Of a stretch of 64,000 nt of DNA, positions 10,184-21,851 are shown piece by piece (within the stretch, counting starts at the first letter, position 1; every line of letters begins with the position of its first letter). Below the pieces are notes generated by a model that was given only the letters and a program-made list of their open reading frames with translations, was not told the origin of the DNA and made no database searches. The DNA is from an uncultured Acidobacteriota bacterium (GTDB lineage Bacteria > Acidobacteriota > UBA6911). The position numbers and the translations under genes are program-made. The stretch is taken from assembly GCA_963809485.1 (NCBI GenBank), contig CAWEJX010000004.1, forward strand, positions 1 through 64,000, read 5' to 3'.

Positions 10184-10785
10184 ATGAAATTAAAGAATTC
10201 ACTTCTGCTGCTCGCAGCTGTGCTCGCTCTTTCGGCCACCATCATTGCTCAATCACCAAAGCAGAAAACCTTGTCCAGGGCTGGCTCCCGCTGAGCCAGC
10301 AGTTGGGCTACAGGCCCGGCGACAGCGTAGTCAGCGTGGCGACCGGATGGAGTTACATCTCATGCGTTGGCGAGGCTCAGCCCCAATATCCATCGCACAT
10401 GCTGATGCGCGACTATATGAAATCCCTTTCGGGGCTCGGCTCCGGCGCAACGGTTTTCATGGATCCGCTCGTCGCGAAGATGCTTCACGACCTGCAGAAT
10501 TTCAGCACAAAGGAACAGCTCGGGCAGTGGCTCGCGGCCAATGTCAAAATCCCGGCTTCACAATATTGGGGAAACGGTGTTGTGACAACATTTTACTGGT
10601 CGCTTGGTCTGCAGGGGCTGGAGCCATACGCCTCCTGGCAGAAAATGCCGCAGGACCAGTTGATACAGCCTTTCAGCAGTCCCAAGGCGATCAACACGGT
10701 CGTGGTGGGCGGACAGACAAATACATTGTGGTTCGTGACGGATTTCAGGGTTGGCTCGGGAATTTTGATCGATCCCTGGCGATAG
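10184..10785 (+). pseudogene. Chimeric remnant: signal-peptide ORF joined out of frame to the C-terminal part of a UGSC-family-like protein
   Basis: MKLKNSLLLLAAVLALSATIIAQ (RBS AAGGAG) stops after 36 aa; another frame reads WLPLSQQLGYRPGDSVVSV...MDPLVAK...INTVVVGG. Confidence 0.45.
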
Positions 10786-10787
10786 AC

Positions 10788-10866
10788 GAAAGGGGGACAG
10801 GCACCAGTGTCCCCATGACTCTGCAGGCCAACATAAAAGGGGGACACTGGTGCCTGTCCCCCTTTC
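10788..10866. repeat. REP-like palindrome doublet forming a long inverted repeat
   Basis: GAAAGGGGGACAGGCACCAGTGTCCCC ... GGGGACACTGGTGCCTGTCCCCCTTTC. Confidence 0.8.
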
Positions 10867-11145
10867 AGCTTGCAACCCTGGATGCTTTTTGCGAATATTG
10901 CGGATCAGCGCGATCCTTGACCGGATTTCGTCTGCTATTAAGCGAAAATCGATGGGCGGGCACTTTGGAGCGACTTGGTGTGGGGCGAAGCCTTTGCGGC
11001 AACGTGCGATGCCATCGAATAGCTCATGGTTGTTCCGACGCTCATGGCCGGGCAATCCGGAGCAGGTGAGGCAAAAGGCCAAAGTATCAATCTGTCGTTT
11101 TGCGCCGATTAGCGTGAGATGAGAGATCAACCATGGGGGGAGATA

Positions 11146-13086
11146 ATGGCGGTTCGACGCAGAAGGCTGGCTTTATGGAGCGCTGCCATCATTCTCGGCG
11201 CTCTTCCCTGCCTTCATGCAGCGGATATCCCAAATCCCATGTCAGCTACGGGCTTCCGCCTCGAGCGCACGGAGGTTCCGTCGGGGGCGGAACTGGTCAC
11301 GCTGTTCAGCAGGCAGCTGTCCCCGGAAACCGCGGAAGAGGCGGACCGGGGTATTCCAGTATTGAGCGTGTTGCGGGATACGCTGGGCGATTCGGATCCG
11401 GGGAACGACCGCCTCCGGCAGATCTGGATTTACAGCTATGCGAAGCCGTCGGTCTGGCAGAGGTTCGTTGCCTGTCTGCCCTTCGTCTATCGACAGGCTT
11501 CCCCGCAAAAATACAAGTCGGCCGGGCTGCCTCGCACTGTCCTCGACCTTTCGTCGCCGCGCAGAAATACGATGTATCGGCTGCTTGGGGAAATCATCCA
11601 GACCGGAGTGCTGGATGATTTCGGCGTCGCGGTACGGCTGGCTTCGCGAAGCTACATGGGCAATGCCAGAGACTACAGGGACCTCCAGATCTATCAGGCG
11701 CTCCTGGCGCTTTCCGACTTCGAGAAAAGCTCCGCGCGGGAAGAATTCCTGACACCGGAAGACATGGAAGTTATCGGCGCCCGCCTGTCGCTGTCCACGC
11801 GGCTGCTGGGCGGCATGGTAAGCGAGAGATACCTGCAGGCCGCATGGGATAAGGAAACCCTCAAGTCCAACCAGAACCGCGGACACAACTGGGAACTCTT
11901 GCGCCAGCAGGCGGAGGAAAACGGGCTTTATTTCGAGCCTTTATCGTTCGGGGCGCAGGAACCGCAATTTGCCCTGCTCTGGATTGATCAATCTACGGTC
12001 GCGGAACGTCCACCCAAATCGTTCAGCAAAAAATTCCTGGGAATAGCCAACCCATTCTCCGACAAACGCCTGCGGGAGTGGGACGGTTACACCCAAACCT
12101 GGTATTTCGACGAATCCGGCGTCCGTGTCGCGGACACCGAGCCCTCCGCACGGGCGGCGAGGATGATTCCCCTTGCTCTTTACGCACTGGACCATCCGCG
12201 GGTTCCGCTCCTATTGGTGGATATGAGACAGGCCTGGAAGCCGGGGACGAAAGAAAGAGCCCGAAGAATCGCCACCGACCTGATGACCGACGTGCTGCGT
12301 CTGACACCGGTCAGCAGCTGGCAGTTTACCATCGGCAAGACTGCTTTCTTCTTCGTCAAGAGCCGTCACGGTTCTGCGCTGAACCGGTCGGCCCGCTTGC
12401 GCGCTTACGCTCAACTGCAGCGCTCACTCAAACTCGAAACATCGATGGATCCCGGATTGCACGGCGAGCTCGTCCGGCACTCCCAGCGTCTCGGACTTAA
12501 TCCGTTCGACCGCAAGCCGGCGGCACAGGCCAGCCTGGCACAGGAGCAGCACGCAGAACTGCTTGCCTTCGCCCGCTCCCCCGATGGACTCCCGGCTCGC
12601 CTGGAAAAGGACCGGGCCGCCGAGCTTCATGCCGAGGCTCATTCGGCGCCCAGCCGCGCCTTGTTCAAAGTCGCCAGCGTGGCAACCTTCGGGCTGTACC
12701 GGCAGCGCAGAGAGCAGTTTGACGTCTCAGGGTATTCCGGCCTCGACCAGTACAGGCGGTTTTCCTATCACAAACGGTTGCTGGAGCGTGCCGTCCAGCC
12801 TGCAACACTGCCGGATGTGGCATGGAACATGGAAGAGGTCCGCCGATCCCTGGATGTCATGCACGAACTGGGAGCAAAAAACGAGAAACTGCGACCGGCC
12901 GCGGAAGTATTCGTTTCCGATCTGTGCAGGAAAACAGATAATGAAGCTGTGGGCCGGCAGTGCGCTGCGAGTCAGCTGAGCTTTCAAGATCTCATGGAGC
13001 CCGGGAAACCGTTTTTCACTGCCCGCCACATTGCCGGCGCGGAACCTGTTTTTACCGGGCCCTCCAGGACGGCGGCATTCCGTTAG
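11146..13086 (+). CDS. Hypothetical secreted protein (~646 aa)
   Basis: Long ORF with N-terminal signal-like segment; no family recognised. Confidence 0.8.
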   Translation: MAVRRRRLALWSAAIILGALPCLHAADIPNPMSATGFRLERTEVPSGAELVTLFSRQLSPETAEEADRGIPVLSVLRDTLGDSDPGNDRLRQIWIYSYAKPSVWQRFVACLPFVYRQASPQKYKSAGLPRTVLDLSSPRRNTMYRLLGEIIQTGVLDDFGVAVRLASRSYMGNARDYRDLQIYQALLALSDFEKSSAREEFLTPEDMEVIGARLSLSTRLLGGMVSERYLQAAWDKETLKSNQNRGHNWELLRQQAEENGLYFEPLSFGAQEPQFALLWIDQSTVAERPPKSFSKKFLGIANPFSDKRLREWDGYTQTWYFDESGVRVADTEPSARAARMIPLALYALDHPRVPLLLVDMRQAWKPGTKERARRIATDLMTDVLRLTPVSSWQFTIGKTAFFFVKSRHGSALNRSARLRAYAQLQRSLKLETSMDPGLHGELVRHSQRLGLNPFDRKPAAQASLAQEQHAELLAFARSPDGLPARLEKDRAAELHAEAHSAPSRALFKVASVATFGLYRQRREQFDVSGYSGLDQYRRFSYHKRLLERAVQPATLPDVAWNMEEVRRSLDVMHELGAKNEKLRPAAEVFVSDLCRKTDNEAVGRQCAASQLSFQDLMEPGKPFFTARHIAGAEPVFTGPSRTAAFR

Positions 13087-13094
13087 TAATCACC

Positions 13095-15558
13095 ATGCGC
13101 TTCTGCCTCAGATTCCTGCTTCCGCTGGCATTCCTATTCTGTGCCCCCCTGATCCAGGCACAATCCCGGCGCCTGGTAATTCTTAAGGTCGACGGGCTTC
13201 CCGGAAATCTGATTGAAAAGCGCGTCCGTGAGATCGACAGGGATACCGGCAGATGGAAGCTTCCCTGGATTCACCGTGTTTTTGTCGAGAAAGGCACATG
13301 GATCCGCAACTTTTACGTTCGCGGGATCAGCCTGTCCTCACCGTCGTGGTGCATGCTGGACACGGGCAGTCATGCCGTCATTCGATCCAATGCGGAGTTC
13401 GACCGGTTGACGGGCCGGCTTTATGACTACGTCAATTTTTTCCCCTTTTATTTGAATTACGCAAGATCCAGGCGCGCCGACATGCCGGGAGTGGAGGTCC
13501 TTGACGAGGAGGGCATCCCGCTGATTCTCGACCGCTATGCCGTCGAGGAGCGCTACCAGGGCTTTCAGCTTTATCAGCGCGGGGTCCGCTGGTCCTTGCT
13601 GGCGAGAGGGCTCAGCAAGGGATTCCTGGCCAGGAATCCGGTGAATCTGTTCAACGAATGGCTGTCCGGTTTCGACGCAATCCGGAATCTGACAGGGCAG
13701 ATGGAGCTGGAGTTTCTTGAAAGGCTGAAAGATCCCCGGCTCCTCTATCTCGACCACTATGATACCGATTTCGACCACAATGCCCACCTAAGCAACAACA
13801 GCGCGGATATCGGAAGGGCTCTGGAAAGGCTCGATGGATTGGTGGGCAGAATCTGGAGCGCCATTCAAGATACCGATATGGCCGGGCAGACGGTATTCGT
13901 GATGGTTTCCGATCACGGCATGAACACGGAAGAGGGCATATACAGCCAGGGCTACAGTCTCCTGAACCTGTTCCGCAGCATCGAGGGAGGCGGGCACCAC
14001 GTGCTGATCAATCGCCATCCTTTGGGCGAATATAAGCTGAAAGGCCTCGATCCTTTTGTTACCGAAGTGATCACCGCCAGCCAGGAATCCGCCTACTTGA
14101 AGGATAAGCCGAAGCAGTATCCCACCGTAATCATGGATCTGGACGGAAACGAGCGGGCATCCGTTCATCTGCGCAACAGCGACTGGAATATCCTGCATAT
14201 TCTCCTGCAGCAGCTGGAAAAGAGTAGCCTGAAAGGAGATCTCCGCAAGGCTGCCGTGCAAACAGTACTCGATACGATAGGCTGGCACCGCCAGTCATGG
14301 CTTTCACTCCTCAATGAGCTGAATCAGGAGCTGCCCCTCCTGAGGTGCCGCGGAGACTCGCCGGTTTCCGCAGACCGGCAGCTTTCTCAAAAGAAGAGCA
14401 AAGCTGATCGCGCTGCGGAACAGGAACAATCAAGACGGCAAATAGCCCGGCGGGAATCGTGTCAAAAGAATGAGAGCGGGTATGTCCGTTGGAAGAACGC
14501 GCTGGCAGGCTTGCTCAAACTTGATCATGCCATGCTGGAATCGGGCCGGGTGAAGGCTGATTCGCTGATCCCTGAAAAAGTCATGGCCGATGCTAATTCC
14601 ATCTACGACCTTCAAAACTATGTCACAGGTCCGGGCCCTGCCGGTTTGGTGATGAACGAAGATGGAACCCTGGATACCGACAAAAGTTACCATCGAGTGG
14701 ATTATTTCAAATTGCTCAGCAGCGTCCGTGTGAAGAATGTGGTCCAGGAAGAACTCGGAGCCAGGCCCGTGGACTTTGTCGCGGTGCGCGTCCCGCTCGA
14801 AGCCCTGCTTCAAAATCATGAGAGCGAAGAAAAGCCGGACCAGGACGGCATCTGGCTTTATGGCGATGAGCGTCACCAGGTCCTTCTCCTATATCGACGG
14901 GACGCTGGAGGTGTCCTGCAGTCTCGAATACCTGCCGATCGGCGGACTCCGGCAGGACCGGTCGGGATCGATCCGATACGACAGAATGGCGTGGGAACCG
15001 GACTTTCCCCTGAAGTTTTGGGAGGATCCACAGCTTGAAGGAACGCAGGCTGAAAAGGAAGCCTGGCTGAGTCGATGGCATTCCGAATCGGAATGGATGA
15101 ACGCTGCCCACAAGTGCCGCTATTCCAACGCAGTCATCGGACTGTATGAATATTTTCTATCAGAGCCGCTTGAAAGCAAAGATAGCCCGGGCAGCCCGGA
15201 TGAAAAGCTGGTCCGGCGTTTCCAGCGGAGACTGCGCCGCATGGTGCAGGCTGATTTGCTGGTGCTCGCCAATGACCACTGGAACTTCAACGTGCGCGGT
15301 TTCAATCCGGGCGGAAACCATGGCTCGTTTTTTCGAGCCTCGACACACTCCGTACTGATGATGGAGGGAGCGGGGATTCCGCAGGGACTGGCCGTAGACC
15401 GGCCGTACGACAGCTTGAGTTTCGCGCCTACCGTAATGATGCTGGCCGGCAAAGAGCATCCCGGAATGCCGCCTTCATGGGCTTCGGGGCCTCTCATTGA
15501 AGAAGTGCTTCCGCCCGCTTCCCCTGGCGGCGAATCGGCGCCGGAAAAACAGCGCTGA
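13095..15558 (+). CDS. Alkaline phosphatase/nucleotide pyrophosphatase-phosphodiesterase superfamily protein (frameshift near 14920)
   Basis: ILKVDGL, ISLSSPSW, DFDHNAH, VSDHGM and C-terminal GNHGSF metal-site motifs; signal peptide. Confidence 0.8.
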
Positions 15559-15562
15559 TTCT

Positions 15563-15742
15563 ATTGGTAAACCCGCGGCTCTGCCGGGGGACTCATAGAG
15601 TTTGACAGCTCCGTATTTTGAAACGCTGAGATACGCTGACAAAAGCGCTGACAAACGCCGATTTGTTTGGCGAGAGTCGGCGTTCAAGACCGGCGTAACT
15701 CCTCCAACCGCTTTGAGCGGTTCCAATCTTTCAAGCCTGACT
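15563..15742 (+). mobile_element. Non-autonomous IS200/IS605-derived element, copy 1 (right-end hairpin deleted)
   Basis: ATTGGTAAACCCGCGGCTCTGCCGGGGGACTC...CCGCTTTGAGCGG...TCAAGCCTGACT; matches five other copies. Confidence 0.8.
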
Positions 15743-15982
15743 GGCGACAGCGCCGCATAGCGTCGGCTTGGGAATTGTTCTTCAAGTTCATGGAAGTTTA
15801 TTTGAAATTCTAATGTCAATTTCATGAAAAATCTGGGAAGGTGATGAATCGGGGCACAACAAACTGAACTGATTTGCGCCAAATAGGAATCTCCGAAGAG
15901 ATGGCTTGAGAATTGGAGCTTTGTAATCAAACCCGAATCCTCAAAGATATCAATTATTAAAAGTCGAAATGCCAAAAAATCC

Positions 15983-16291
15983 TTGACTAATCTTTACCAC
16001 CCAAATTACGATAAGACCAAAAGCGGGATGCTGTTTCTCTAAACATTCCAGTTGGCGCGGTTAGGTTGTTGCTGTTCATGTTCCAGAGCCTATTCCTAAA
16101 TCCCTAGTTTTTGTTCTTCTGGTGTTGTTGTTCGCGTATAGCACTTAGATTATCCGCTCGAAAACCCTGGCACGAGCGGCAGCTGTACTGGCCAAAGCAA
16201 ATTCACGCTGGAACGCGCTTATGGCGGAACTCCGGCGGGAGTTTGAAAGTGTCTAGGTTTGGTTTTGATACCTTCTCAGGAGGATATCTGC
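15983..16291 (+). promoter_or_regulatory. Sigma70-like promoter and long leader of TBDR 1 with conserved hairpin (16151-16179)
   Basis: TTGACT-N18-TACGAT; TATCCGCTCGAAAACCCTGGCACGAGCGG shared with the leaders at 44.2 and 48.5 kb. Confidence 0.6.
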
Positions 16292-19200
16292 ATGCGTTTA
16301 TTTCTTAGGGTGTTCTGCTGTCTGCTCGTTCTGGCAGGGCTTGCCTTTGCCCAGACCGGCGGCGGCACAATCACCGGCACCATCACGGATCCGGCGGGAG
16401 CGGTTGCCCCCAGCGCCGATATCAAAGCAAAAAACATTGCAACCACGGCGGAATACCGGACCGTGAGTACGAACACAGGCAACTATAACATTTCCCAACT
16501 GCCCCCGGGAACCTATGAATTGACGGTCTCCATGGCTGGGTTCAAGACATTTGTTCGCCAGGGCATTAATGTCTCCACGGCACAAATCCTCCGTATTGAC
16601 GTCAAACTGGAAGTAGGCGCAATTACGGAAGTCGTCACAGTCAACGCGGATGCTCCATTGCTGAAGACCGAAAGCGGTGAATTGAGCCATACCGTCAAGA
16701 CGGATATACTGGATAATATTCCCATTTTGTCCATCGGCGCCGGTGTCGGGTCCTCCGGCATGAGGAATCCCTATGCAGTGGTTCAAATGCTGCCGGGCAC
16801 TGACTGGCGTCCGGACTCCAGCGTCAGAGTTAATGGCACACCCGGCAATACCCAGGCGTTGCGGGTGGAAGGCATGGACGCCACCAATAATATGTGGCAA
16901 AACATGGGCCAGTACGTTCAACAGGGCGTGGATGCCGTCCAGGAATTTGCCGTACAAACAAGCAATTACGCGCCCGAGTTCGGACAGGCGGGGAGTGCCG
17001 TGTTCAATTTAACCATGAAATCCGGCACGAACCAGGTTCACGGCAGCGCTTATGAGTACTTCGTGAACGAAGCCCTGAACGCCTCGACGCCTTACAGTCA
17101 GACGGCGACCAATCCCGACAAAATCCGGCCTCGATCCAGACGGAACGACTTCGGCTTTACCTTCGGCGGTCCCGTTTACATTCCCAAAATATACGACGGC
17201 CGGGACAAGACTTTCTTCTTTTTCACTTTCGAGGAATACCGTGAAGCCACGACGGCGAGCACCAATATAACAGTGCCCACCGCGGCTATGCGCCAGGGAG
17301 ATTTCAGCGCGATCAAAGGCACGACTTCATTGGGCAACGATGTCCTCGGCCGCCCGATCTATGAAAATACGATCTATGACTTCCGCACGGAGCGAATTGT
17401 AAACAACGTTCCGGTCTGGGATCCATTCCCGGACAATAAAGTCCCCGCGGAGCTGTTTGATTCGGCAGCGCTAAAGATACAGGATCGTATGCCTCAGCCC
17501 GAAACCGCCGCACGTACTCTGAACTACCTGAACAAGACATCCACCGAAAGGCTTTCCTTCGTTCCTTCGGTCAAGGTAGACCACTCGATCAGCGATCGGG
17601 CCAAGATCTCCGGCTATTGGTCGAGAAACTACACCCAGAGCGCCACTCTGGATGGCTTGCCCACGGAAATCAGCGCAAGCGTGCCGACCAAGTTCCCGTC
17701 GCATACGGTCCGGCTCAATTTCGACTACACGCTCAAGCCCACCATGCTGTTGCACATGGGCGCGGGCTTTATGCACAACGTGCTGGACCAGTCTCCTGCG
17801 AAGGTTGACGTCCAGGGTATTTTCGGAATAGCCAATGCCTACAATGAATTCCCGACATTCAGCACCGGCCAGCTTTATTCAGCCACCTGGGGCGGCTTCA
17901 GCCCGTCCATGGGCAATGGGATGTCCGGAGAACTAACCAACATCAAGCCCACGGGAAACGTCAGCCTCAACTGGATACGGGGAAATCACAGCCTCAAATT
18001 CGGAGGCGAAACGGTCGTCGAATCCCACGCGAGCCGCGGCCGGACTTTCGTGAACACGTACTACTATTTCTCCACGGCGGAAACCGCGGATCCCTCTCTC
18101 TATTCAATCGGGCAGACTCTCCCAGCCGGCAAAAACATCGGATTCAACTATACCAGCTTCCTGATGGGCAGGGTTAATCAGTACCAGACGAATACGGAGA
18201 GCAGAGGCCACCTGGGCAGCCATGCGCTCGCTTTTTATGCGCAGGACTCCTGGAAGGTAACTCCCAAGCTCACGATAGATTATGGTTTGCGCTACGATTT
18301 TCAAACCTACCTGCGGGAACAGTATGGACGATGGGGCAGCTTCGGGATAGACACGCCGAATCCCACCGCCGACAACCTGCCGGGCGGAATGAAGTTTGAA
18401 GCCACTGGCCCTGCTTTTGCGGATAACTACAAGCAGGCCTGGGGACCCAGGTTCGGACTTGCCTACCAGATACTGCCCAAGACGGTATTACGCGTTGGCG
18501 CCGGCATCTCCTATGCGAGGACGCCGGAACTGGGCTATCTGCACAATACCATGTCGAATTTCGTGACCAAGGCGTCTCCCAAGAGAGGCGAAGCCAACTC
18601 CCAATTGGTGGACGGCGCAGTATCCGTTACCTGGCCGAACTTCGACCCGGGCGCCTTCCCGCGCCTTCCCTCTCTCTCTCCGCCGCCGGTGGCCATCGAC
18701 CATAATGCCGGGAGGCCTCCAAGAATTTTTCAGTGGAGCATCGGCTTACAGCGGGAAGTCCTACCCAATGTGGTCTTGGATGTTTCCTATATCGGAAATC
18801 GCGGCGTTTGGTGGCAGGCCGGACCGCTCATCGATGTCAACAGCGTGACACCGGAGTATCTGAAGTCCAAGTACAATCTTGATATCGATAACGCGGACGA
18901 TCGAAAATTGCTCACTACGCCTTTAGTCCTGGTTCATCAAAAAGGCCCGGAGTATGTTGCACGGTTCCCCAAGCCGTTTACGAATTTCCCCATAGGAACC
19001 ACACTATACCCGGGGGCCACATTGATTCAGGCGATTCGGCCGATCCCCCAGTTCACAAGCATCAACTATGTTTGGGCGCCACTGGGAAAGACCTGGTACG
19101 ATTCGTTGCAGATGAAGGTTATCAAGCGGTTCTCCTACAATTTTGATTTCAGCTACACCTTTACATGGCAGAAAGAGCTGACATTGGCAGCCGAAACTTC

Positions 19201-19925
19201 CTATAACCTCTTTTCTTCGCAGACTCCTCAAGTCAATGATGTGTACAACCGCGACAGCAACAAATTCATCTCCGGCCTCTCGCGGCCGTTTATCCACGCT
19301 ATCGCGGCAAGCTACACAATTCCCAAGGCTTTCGCCGGGAATAAATGGCTGTCCATGTTGGTCCGTGATTGGCAGGTCAGCGCTCTGCTGCGTTACACAA
19401 GCGCCCAGCCGATCCGGGTGCCTGGAGCATCCAGTAATATCGGTGTCATCCTCGCCCGCGCTGGCGGCACCGCCGGCACTTACGCCAACAGGGTGGAAGG
19501 CGAACCGTTCTTCATGGATCAAAACGGCAACAAGTTTGACGACCTAAACGGAGACTATGATCCGGCGACAACCTTCATGCTGAATCCTGGTGCATGGAAA
19601 GAACCGCCGACGGCGCGATACAGCTCCTCAGCCGCTTACTACAGCGATTACCGCGGACGGCGGTTTCCAACTGAAAACATGAGCCTGGCCCGCAATTTCC
19701 GGTTCGGCACTGAGGGCCGCTACAACCTGCAACTCCGGGCTGAATTCACCAATATCTTCAACCGGCTGTTTGTGCCAAATCCCACGTCGACAAGCGCCTC
19801 AGCAACTCGAACGACCAATGCTGACGGCACAACCATCGGGAGGATTCGGATATATCAACATGAAGGCGGCTACTGTAGCCAGCAACGTGCGCCAGGGCCA
19901 GATCGTCGCACGTTTCAGTTTCTAG
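16292..19925 (+). CDS. TonB-dependent receptor with N-terminal carboxypeptidase regulatory-like domain (frameshift near 19840)
   Basis: GTITGTITDPAGA, QTSNYAPEFG, FYAQDSWKVTPKLTIDYGLRYD; alternative frame ends GQIVARFSF-stop at 19925. Confidence 0.92.
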
Positions 19926-19968
19926 ACTAAAGGCGGCATTCCATCCCTGCCCGAGACGGCAGGTTCCC

Positions 19969-20014
19969 ACAGCCCGGGATTGGCTTCAAAGGTCAATTCC
20001 GGGCTGTTTTTTTT
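19969..20014 (+). terminator. Rho-independent terminator
   Basis: ACAGCCCGGGATTG...CAATTCCGGGCTG followed by a T8 run. Confidence 0.8.
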
Positions 20015-20039
20015 ATTTGGCTTTGTGTGCGCTCCGCCC

Positions 20040-20292
20040 CGGTCTAATATCCCTTCCGGTCCAGATCCTGGTTGGAACGGAGGACAGCCTACAGCCTGTG
20101 GCGCGCCTGCCGTGCGATTCCCTGGCGGAAGCGGGCAAGCAGGTGCGGCTGGAAATCTACCAGCACGGATACCACGATTTCTGCCTCGGCCCGCAGGGCG
20201 AGACGCGCAAAGACCTGCCTCGCGGCGAAGTCCTGCCGGACTCGGCCCTCGATGCGCTGGAAAAGTCCGTGTCGTTCGTGAAGGGCCGATAA
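20040..20292 (+). pseudogene. C-terminal remnant of an alpha/beta hydrolase
   Basis: PVQILVGTED...LEIYQHGYHDF (Asp/His of a triad); no plausible start. Confidence 0.5.
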
Positions 20293-20453
20293 CGCTGATA
20301 CGCGTTTCGCTCTGTTTGAAAACTTTGCCTGATGAATGTCCTATTGATATCAACTGTTTCCGCTTACAATAGCTCGCCGGTTAAGTCTTGTTTTTCCTGG
20401 ATATCTCCACAGTGACAAGTTGAAGCAATTCTCAGCGACAAGGAGGATTTCTG

Positions 20454-21818
20454 ATGGTCGAGAGGCTGAGCAAAACCGTTTTGTACACGTTCGGTGTTGC
20501 AGACATGCTTTTTCTCCTGATGGCGAACATGGAAATGTTTTATTTCACGGCGTTCCTGACCGACTACGCGCAGTTTTCCATGGCCACGATCAGCGTCATT
20601 CTGTATATCACGGGAGTCGTGGATATCGTGTGCTCGCTGGTCGCCGGCATCATCCTTCAAAAAGTGACGCTGAATTTCGGCGGCAAATACCGCTCCTGGT
20701 TCCTTGTCGGCCCGCCGCTTGTCGCTCCGCTGTTTATTCTTCAGTTCACAAAACTGGGGAACGATTTAACAGCAGCCACGATCATCATCGCCGGTTTCAT
20801 ACTGAGCCATCTTTTATACAACATTGTGTTCACCGCTTCCGGCTCCATCGTCGGCCGGCTGAGCCAGCTGCCCGAGGAGAGGACGATATTATCCACAAGC
20901 CGGTCGCAAGGCTGGTCTGCGTCAGGCCTGATATTTTCAATTACCGGACTCCCGATGATTATGTATTTTGGCTCGCAGGCGGGAAAAATCAACGGATTCA
21001 CAATTACAGTTGCGGCATATGCCGTTCTGATGATCCTCGGCTATTGGTACATCTACAAAATCACAGCCGGCAAGGAGCCCGCCGAAGAAACTGTCACCGA
21101 AGCAGGCCGGGAAGGATCCAGACAGTCGCTGGGCGAGATTGTCGGCCTGGTATTCAAAAATCCGCCGCTTCTGCTGTTGATCATCTCCGAAACCTTCAGA
21201 AACCTCATGATCCTGATCACTACAGCCTTCGCCTTTTATTATTTCAGCTATGTGCTGAAGGACCTGGCTTTCATGACGGTCTTTTTGCTGGCTACCAGCA
21301 TCGCCAACGTGATAGGCGCATTCGCCTCAACCTGGATCGGCATACGGATGGGCAAACGCAGCTGCTATTGGATTTTTCTTATACTGGCCGCGGCGGCGTA
21401 TGCCTCCGCAAGGTTCTTCTGCGGAACCGCATGGGGCTTTACAATCATATTCTGCGTCGCGTCCTTCCTCGCCAATATTGCCGGCTCCATGAACACCGCC
21501 CTGTTCTCGGACACGGTGATATACGGCGAATGGAAAACAGGCAAAAACATCAGGGCCTTCACCATGGCGCTCCTGAATTTCCCGATCAAAATGGCGGTCC
21601 TGATCCGGAGCGCCATCGTTACCCTGGGGCTGGTTGCAATCGGTTTCGTCGCCAACGCCGCTCCTGCGCCGAGCGTGGTCCGCGGAATCAGCTCCATCAT
21701 GACGTTCACGCCGGCAGCTGCGTGCGCAATTGCGGCTTTGGTGTTTTACTACGGCTACAAAATTGAAGACCGGCAGGTCGTGAAGATGCAGGAGGAAATA
21801 GCCGCGAGAAAGGCTTAA
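20454..21818 (+). CDS. MFS transporter, GPH (glycoside-pentoside-hexuronide:cation) family
   Basis: GKYRSW, EERTILS and SDTVIYGEWKTG motifs; about 12 hydrophobic segments; RBS AGGAGG. Confidence 0.9.
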   Translation: MVERLSKTVLYTFGVADMLFLLMANMEMFYFTAFLTDYAQFSMATISVILYITGVVDIVCSLVAGIILQKVTLNFGGKYRSWFLVGPPLVAPLFILQFTKLGNDLTAATIIIAGFILSHLLYNIVFTASGSIVGRLSQLPEERTILSTSRSQGWSASGLIFSITGLPMIMYFGSQAGKINGFTITVAAYAVLMILGYWYIYKITAGKEPAEETVTEAGREGSRQSLGEIVGLVFKNPPLLLLIISETFRNLMILITTAFAFYYFSYVLKDLAFMTVFLLATSIANVIGAFASTWIGIRMGKRSCYWIFLILAAAAYASARFFCGTAWGFTIIFCVASFLANIAGSMNTALFSDTVIYGEWKTGKNIRAFTMALLNFPIKMAVLIRSAIVTLGLVAIGFVANAAPAPSVVRGISSIMTFTPAAACAIAALVFYYGYKIEDRQVVKMQEEIAARKA

Positions 21819-21826
21819 TCCTTCGA

Positions 21827-21851
21827 GGGGGACAGTCACCAGTGTCCCCCC
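21827..21851. repeat. REP-like palindrome (GGGGACA family); further copies at 22101-22170
   Basis: GGGGGACAGTCACCAGTGTCCCCCC. Confidence 0.75.

Noticed and set aside
16167-16183. Sigma-54 promoter (TGGCACG) in the TBDR leaders
   Set aside because: None of the three copies has the -12 TTGC at the required spacing, and the sequence forms part of a hairpin
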